From NCBI GenBank assembly GCA_964016885.1, contig OZ024748.1, positions 10,850,001 through 10,914,000 of the forward strand: DNA of 64,000 nt, in the 5' to 3' direction. The translations under genes were made by a program, and so were the position numbers. This stretch comes from Eledone cirrhosa (taxonomy: Eukaryota). Under the pieces are notes generated by a model. That model ran no database searches. It was not told the DNA's origin and worked only from the letters and a program-made list of their open reading frames with translations. The number at the start of each line of letters is the position of its first letter. Positions within the stretch are counted from its first letter, which is position 1. Below, piece by piece: positions 57,212-64,000 of the stretch.

Positions 57212-57630
57212 ATATTTGATCACATGAATGTCTATATATATATATCATCATCATCATCATCGTTTTACGTCCGTTCTTCCACGCTAGCATGGGTTAGACG
57301 GGTTGTCCTGTTGTGGGCAGTGTCTGGTCGGCTGACCATGCCTTGCTCATACAGGAACTGATTTGGCTTGATTTCTACAGCTGGATGCTCTTCCTAATAC
57401 CAACCTCATTTACAGTAAGTGCTGGGTGCTTTTTCGTGGCACCTACACGTACACTTTACAGTGTGGGCTGGGTGCTTTTTTGCTGTGGCACCTCCACGAC
57501 CACCATGCAGTGGGAGGGTGTGGGGGCATATTGTCTATATGCTTCAGCTTGTACCCATGGGAGGTCGAGTACTCTGTATTACTGCGTGACGCCAGAGGTC
57601 ACGGTCGTGTGTCATCGCCTCTGAGAGGTG

Positions 57631-57661
<31 letters not shown>

Positions 57662-57743
57662 ATATACACACATTACATACAATATATATATATATATATG
57701 TATGTATATATATATATACACACATTACATACAATATATATAT

Positions 57744-57942
57744 AAAACGAAGGAAATGTGGTAAGGAACCAGATGGACCATAACGCACCAAAGTACTCAA
57801 TACTTAGGGTAGTAGAGTGGGTAATAGGAACAAGTATGACCCTGACGGCAGAGCTCAAGCCGTATCGACGGGTAATTCTGAACTCCAGAATTAGCCGTCG
57901 AAACGGCTTGAGCTCTGCCGTCGGGGTCATACTTGTTCCTAT
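57744..57942 (-). mobile_element. Fold-back PLE-like insert
   Basis: Inverted repeat 57824-57942 containing GAAAC-GGC..GCC-GTC (stem III plus GUC). Its tail carries TTGAGTAC and is similar to 56141-56225. Confidence 0.7.
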
Positions 57943-58528
57943 ATATATATATATATATATATATATTGTATGTAATGTGTGTATGTGAGAGAGAGAGAGA
58001 AGTGACCAGTAAATGTCTTAGTTATCTTCTTCCCCCTTTTTTTTTTTTTTTTTGTAAAAATCAGCAGAACGAAAGAGTTTACTCCCTTGAAATCCCCCCT
58101 CCTTCTTTTAAGTATTATTGTAGAAATATATCGCTAACGTTGTTTAGCTCCGGGTAAGCCATGTTCAGAAATGTTCCCACCGTGACCATCCGTATTATTT
58201 TCAGGTATAAAGTATATAAGGCATTATTATCAAATATATCATATTTGAAGTGTGTTTTGAGGAAGATTTCGCTACTATTTCACGCACCATCTAGTCTCCA
58301 ACCCATTATGCTAGCATGAAAAACGGGGACACAAATATATATATACATATATATATACATGTATATTATATATATATATATATACACAAACAATAAGTTA
58401 TATAGTTTGTTGATTATCATTCAACAAAGTTAATTTTATAACAGATTTGATGCACTCTACAATTATTATCTGGAGTAATAAATATTAGCAATATTAATAA
58501 ATAGAAAATATCTTTTTAATACCATATT

Positions 58529-58588
58529 TATTTTATTATACGTATTTCAAGGACACAAAATTTTAGTGTGCTTTCATCGGATAAAATA
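58529..58588 (-). ncRNA. Type-I hammerhead motif (one core substitution)
   Basis: tattttat-CCGATGA-aagcacac..gtgtcctt-GAAAT-acgt-ATA-ataaaata; stem I is 8 bp. Confidence 0.75.
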
Positions 58589-58636
58589 TAATATTTGGTG
58601 TTAAGATATTGACATACTTTAGCATAGACTTTGTAG

Positions 58637-58672
<36 letters not shown>

Positions 58673-58699
58673 ATATTATATATATATATTATATATATC

Positions 58700-59305
58700 A
58701 TCGTCATCATCATCATCGTTTAATGTCCATCTTTCACACTAACATGGATTAGATGGTTTTGTTCCATTGATGCCGGATTGGTCAGGAGACCGTGTCTCGC
58801 TTGTATGGAAGTGTCTCTGGCAGGTTTTCTATGGCTGGATGCCCTTCCTAACACCAACCACATTTACAGTGTGGACTGGGAGCCTTTTTACCATGTCCCC
58901 TACACAACAACTTTACAGTATGGACTGAGTACTTTTTGTTGTGTCACCGACACAGTGGACGGAAATGGGAGGATGGGGTATGGCGTGTGGGATGGGGTGT
59001 ATATTGGGTTAAGAGGTGCCTACTGACTGTAGGTTTGTATGCAAGGGAAGGCGGGTCTTCTGTACAACTGCAGGGCACCAAAGATCTCGATCTAGTGTCA
59101 TTGTCTTAGGGAGGTGTAAGTGAGCAAAGTCAGTTTTTATCACCTCGTCCCAGGTTTTTCTTGGTCTATCCACTCTGCAGTTTCCATCAATTTTCATTGT
59201 TCTGCACTTTTTATACAACTGTTGTCCTTCATACACATCACATGTCCATACCAATGCAATCTCCTCTCCAGAACACAACATTTGATACCTCTTATGCTTA
59301 GTCTC
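58700..59305 (-). mobile_element. RTE-clade LINE 3' end with 3' tail and (GAT)n
   Basis: RRLHWYGHVM and RPRKTWDEVIK..DRDLW motifs, then the GTTAGGAAGGGCATCCAGC-containing tail. Similar junctions at 13993-14510 (-) and 33365-33788 (+). Confidence 0.8.
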
Positions 59306-59648
59306 TCATATATATATATATATATACATATATATGATATATATACATATATATATGATATGATATATATATATAATATATATGTAATGTATATATATGT
59401 AATGTATATATGTAATGTATATGTAATGTATATATATAATATATATATATAAAGTATATATATAATATATATATATAAAGTATATATATTACATATATAT
59501 ACATTACATATATACATTACATATATATACATTACATATATATTATATATATATCATATATATATGTATATATATCATATCATATATATATATATAATCA
59601 TGAAGTACAAGTCAACAGATTATAATTCACTTCGTTTATTCATAATTG

Positions 59649-59705
59649 CTGTTATATATATTTTGGTGATAACTGTTATGCAACAATTATGACCTCATCA
59701 GACAG
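59649..59705 (-). ncRNA. Degenerate hammerhead motif (GAAA>AAAA)
   Basis: ctgt-CTGATGA-ggtcataattgtt..aacagttatcacc-AAAAT-atat-ATA-acag; resembles the 27637 family. Confidence 0.65.
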
Positions 59706-59886
59706 ATAGAAGTTGAACAGAAAAAATATTTATATATTATATATTTATATACATATAAATAGTGTAGGTGATTCAGTGAATTACTGGTGATGGTACCAAA
59801 ATAAGCACTCTATGCATACACAGAGTGTATATATTAGAAAAAAACGAGGTTTCGTTTACATGTATAACATTTTTATTGTGTATAGA

Positions 59887-59976
59887 CCTGTTACACGCGT
59901 TTCTCAGAGGATTGCTTCTGGGTCACCCATAGAGGTTATGGACCCGACTCCATTAATGATTTGCTCTTCAGACTGG
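59887..59976 (-). ncRNA. Type-I hammerhead motif with long stem II region
   Basis: ccagt-CTGAAGA-[about 60 nt containing gggtc-cata..tatg..gaccc]-GAAAC-gcgt-GTA-acagg, then AATAAA and a TAGAGTGC tail motif. Confidence 0.65.
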
Positions 59977-60425
59977 CAATGTGACAAAAAATATAGTATT
60001 TGTGATTTGTGAGAAGCATGGGCCCTATTTTTTGTGTGTGCGTGTATGTAGGTATATAGTTTGTCTTTGATAACCGATTCTATTGATTGATTTTTTTAAT
60101 GATCAATTACATAGATTGATTTTTAACCACACTTTCCAGGTATGAAATAGCGCTATAAGGTTCCACTTACAATTCCACCAGTGTACATATTCATCTATAG
60201 AATATGTATTTAGTATATATATACAATATACCGTGTTTTTTTAATGATATATGGCTCGTTCTCTCTATATAATAAGCATATATCTTTTAATTTGATTATT
60301 ATGGCTCTAGATAAAGCCTATTGAGCTTACTTTTTGAGAAACACAAAATTCTAAACATATTTGATGTGTTTTGAATCATCATTTATATATATATATATAT
60401 ATATGATAGTAACATTTCTACTTAC

Positions 60426-60608
60426 GTGAAGAACCGAAGATTGTTTGAAAAAGCGTTTGTTCTGCCGAATTCTTAATGTGGATAAGTTGAGCTCGGTTGT
60501 TATTACAAAAATCTGCAGCTTTGTTCCAAGTTGTTCTGCTTCCAACTATTTGGAAACACATTTTCAAGTGTGAGTTGTAACTGTATCCGAGGGAAGTAGG
60601 ACATTTAG
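60426..60608 (-). CDS. PAN + C-type lectin protein, exon 2 (CTLD N-half)
   Basis: TTCAG | (P)KCPTSLGYSYNSHLKMCFQIVGSRTTWNKAADFCNNNRAQLIHIKNSAEQTLF... | GTAAG; phase 1/1; typical long-form CTLD motifs. Confidence 0.9.
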
Positions 60609-60979
60609 CTGAATACAAAGAAATTTATGGCTAATGAATTCTGTCATTGGGGAAATTAAATTATGAATTTAACTCTTTCACCTACCCCCTTAAAATTGCT
60701 GACTTTCTCCCTAAATTAGAAATTATTAACACACACGCATATATACACACACATACACACACACATATACATACACATGCACACACATACAACTTTCTAT
60801 TGATGAACTTCATTTAATCGATCCTCAAATGGATGAAAGTCAAAGTTGATCTCCACAAAAGAATTAGTAGAACTCAGAGGACATGACATCAGAACAAATA
60901 ACCTCAAAGAACTCTAACAACTCTACCAAAATACTACCATTTTATTCTGACGATCTAGACTTTCTATCAACATCCTGTC

Positions 60980-61215
60980 TTAACCCTTTCATGATCACAT
61001 TTCTAATGAAATACTCTATTTTAATTAATTAATGAAGAATTTAGAAAGATTTACTAAAATTATTAATTATTTCATTATTAAGATAATAACTGTAACTTAA
61101 AAAGACTATATATAAAATTATGTCGGAAAATTTTAATTCAAATTGGAAACCTTTAAAATAGGTGGTTTCATAGAACCAGAGCAGGTTTTGGCTGGTCTGG
61201 TAACTGAAGGGTTAA
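60980..61215. mobile_element. TTAA-flanked piggyBac-like MITE
   Basis: TTAA-CCCTT ... AAGGG-TTAA termini. Confidence 0.7.
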
Positions 61216-61575
61216 AATAAACAGTCTTTTATCATAGAACCAGAGCCAGTTAGGACTGGGTTGTTAACTAAAGAGTTAATATTCTTTATTTCTTTGACTG
61301 GTTCCTGTTATTGGACAGTGATCATGGTGGGGCACCACCTTAAAGAGATTTAGTCAATCATACAGATCTCAGTTGTTTTATTTTTTGTATTTTTCAAGTT
61401 ATGGGGCATAAACAGACAAACACACACCACACACATACACCATAAAAGGTTTTTGAGGTAACCTAAAATAGAATTACTGTGGATGATAGCAAGTCCCTTA
61501 TACACAAGCTAAAAAAAAGAAACAAAGAAAAACAAAAACAACAACAAAAACAAAAATCAAAAGAAAACAACTCAC

Positions 61576-61942
61576 GGGCATGTAGCAGGTAGTGCAGACT
61601 GTTTGGAGGGATATGGATGTATGATGTAGCAGGATATAGGAGTTTGATCTTGCGTAGGATACATATTTTGTCAGAAGTGCTGTACATAATGATAAGGCAC
61701 TTGGAATACGTAATACAGAGGTCAAGACATTCAATTTCTGATTTAATGTTTGACTTCTGAAGTAGTTTGTCATCTTCTGGAATGTCAGTTACCGGAGGAT
61801 TAACAAGAAGTCCATAATAAGTGATGATTTCTGCCTTACTGAGACTATTAGAGTATGATGTAGGTGGAAGTGCAAAAGATGAGAAAATAACTCGGAAAAG
61901 AATTGTGTTTAGTATGATATGAGTAACTGAGAAAAAATACAT
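61576..61942 (-). CDS. PAN/apple-like + C-type lectin protein, exon 1 (5' boundary uncertain)
   Basis: Hydrophobic N-terminus, then a PAN-like Cys pattern (SEIECLDLCITYSKC...YSTSDKICIL); donor C|GTGAG, phase 1. Confidence 0.7.
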
Positions 61943-61968
61943 ATTGCTTTACTGTATTGTGGTAAATG

Positions 61969-62092
61969 GTAGCTCTAATGTCAAAAATGGCAGCTCCGAT
62001 GACAAAAATGGCAGTTCTGATATCAAAATTGACAGCTCTGATGACAAAAATGGCAGCTCTGATGTAAAAAATGGCAGCTCAGATGTAAAAAA
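61969..62092. repeat. 21-bp tandem repeat (about 6 copies)
   Basis: AAAAATGGCAGCTCTGATG(A/T)C units just upstream of the lectin ORF. Confidence 0.85.
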
Positions 62093-62132
62093 GAAGCCCT
62101 AATGTCTACATTTGAATGTACAAAGAATATGA

Positions 62133-62182
<50 letters not shown>

Positions 62183-62854
62183 ATTACCAATTTGTTTACA
62201 GAAATGCATCTTTTTGTTTTTCGTTTTGTTTTGTAACTTCAAATTGAATTTTTTTTTTCCACCTAGCTTGTGTTGAAAGTGAAGTGTTTTTGCAAATGCA
62301 CCAAACAGAACAAGATTCTTATATTATCGCAAGCATATCGAACAGTATTGCATTCTGATATGCATGATTTCTTCTTAATAGTGAATAATATTAAATTAAT
62401 GTATCCATATGCAAACAAGTTGGTGCCTGCTGTACTATTGATAGGAAAAAATTGGTCAAATGCTTTTTGGATTATTCACGCCCAGATAAAATAAATCTCT
62501 TATCACTGTATCACTGCAGACATGGTGGGTCCCATGACAAGTTTCATCATTTTTCCCTATCATCTACATCCCTCTCACCACCCCTTAGGTATTCATTTGT
62601 TTTTACTTTAATATGGCGGATACTTAAATGAATTTGTGACTGAATAATATTATAATCATCATCATCATCATCATCATTTTATGTCCGCTTTTCCCTGCTT
62701 GCAAGGGTGGGACGGATAATGATATTATTAATTTTTGGCCAAGCCAACCGTTAAATCGCTTGGTATGTAAATTAGGTTAATCAGCTGATGTATACTTTAG
62801 AGAATACTATATATTCTCAAGAGTTCTAGTGTATAGCAGAAGGGAGAGAGATAC

Positions 62855-62899
62855 ACAATCTTGATAAAGGGCAATAACCCCGAAACAATTGTAGATTGT
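62855..62899 (+). ncRNA. Degenerate hammerhead motif
   Basis: acaatc-TTGATAA-aggg-caataa-cccc-GAAAC-aatt-GTA-gattgt. The 6-bp stem I is intact but the CUGAUGA box has two changes. Confidence 0.55.
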
Positions 62900-63375
62900 T
62901 TTTCTCTCTGCTACTACTAGAACAAAAGGATGATGTTAGTCAGCTTGAACACATGGTGTTATGAGGCTGTTTGCTTGCAAACGAAGCAAATATTAATAAT
63001 ATTATCATGATATTATTAATATTCACTCCTGAATGCATATATATGTAAAGTGCTCGTGTAGGAGACATGGTAAAAAAGCTCCCAGTCCACACTGTAAATG
63101 TGGTTGGTGTTAGGAAGGGCATCCAGTCATAGAAAACCTGCCAGAAACAGTTCTGTATTAGTGAAACATAGTCTCCCGATCAATCTCGCAAGTGGGACAA
63201 AACCGTCTAACCCATGCTAGCATGGAAGATGGACGTTAAACAATGATGATGATGACGATGATATAAATATACACACAATTATATATTCAGACATATGCAT
63301 ATACATGTGTGTGTGTGAGTGAGGATTCTTTTTGACATTAGCATATTGTCTAGTAAGTTATAAGCATATAACATG

Positions 63376-63850
63376 CACCACCATATACACCATTATATAT
63401 ACCATTATATACACCACCATATACACCATTGTATATACCATTATATACACCACCATATACACCATTATATATACCATTTTATATATACCATCATATATAC
63501 CATTATATACACCATCACATACACTATTATATACACCATTATATACATAATCACATAGACCATTATATACACCATTATATACACCACCATGTATACCATT
63601 ATATATAACGTTATATACACCATCACATTCACTATCATATACACCATCATATACAGCATCACAAACACTATTATATACACCACCATATACACCATCATAT
63701 ACACCACCATATACACCATTATATACACCATTATATACACCACCATATACACCATTATACACACCACCATATACACCATTATACACACCACCATATACAC
63801 CATTATACACACCACCATATACACCACCATATACACCATTATATACATTC
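63376..63850. repeat. 12-bp tandem repeat
   Basis: ATATACACCA(CC/TT) units. Confidence 0.92.
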
Positions 63851-64000
63851 ACCATATGCACTGTTGATAAACTATAAACATACAACATGCCTCATTGAAT
63901 TCATTATTGTATTTACATCAACATTAATAATTCACAAATATTTATCGTATGGCTTTGTCTACCATATAAATATAATAAATATAATTGATCTTTATATTAC

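Noticed and set aside
62790-62850. C-terminus of a PLE GIY-YIG ORF upstream of the 62855 hammerhead relic
   Set aside because: No recognisable motif in the frames I read.
63358-63888. GVY-repeat protein resembling a structural protein
   Set aside because: A 12-bp tandem repeat open on both strands, with no splice or signal-peptide context.

Overview
AT-rich, microsatellite-laden animal genomic DNA. The SINE types, RTE tails and huge (TA)n/(TACA)n arrays point to an octopus or related coleoid cephalopod; this is inference. Two minus-strand genes can be rebuilt from splice signals. One is the first four coding exons of a DmX-like/Rabconnectin-3alpha gene (ATG 50792; exons of 87, 126, 72 and 79 bp; it continues off the window). 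The other is a three-exon PAN/apple-like plus C-type lectin gene (61942-54594). Nearly all long ORFs in the supplied track are microsatellite artefacts. The introns hold a 5'-truncated CR1-type LINE, R4/Dong and RTE remnants, two tRNA-SINE groups, TTAA/hAT/Tc1 MITEs and two satellites amplified from MITE ends. The most striking hidden signal is a set of about 20 short, mostly mutually dissimilar, non-coding inserts in (TA)n runs. They share one plan: a fold-back inverted duplication, a minimal type-I hammerhead ribozyme (often with a much enlarged stem II), often an AATAAA-like signal, and a conserved T(T/A)GAGT(A/G)C motif before a short tail. This fits Penelope-like element (PLE) termini. 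The PLE-hammerhead link is known. The diversity, the enlarged stems II, the shared tail motif and the fold-back breakpoints at the ribozyme core deserve testing. All structures were read by eye; no folding, alignment or database search was run.
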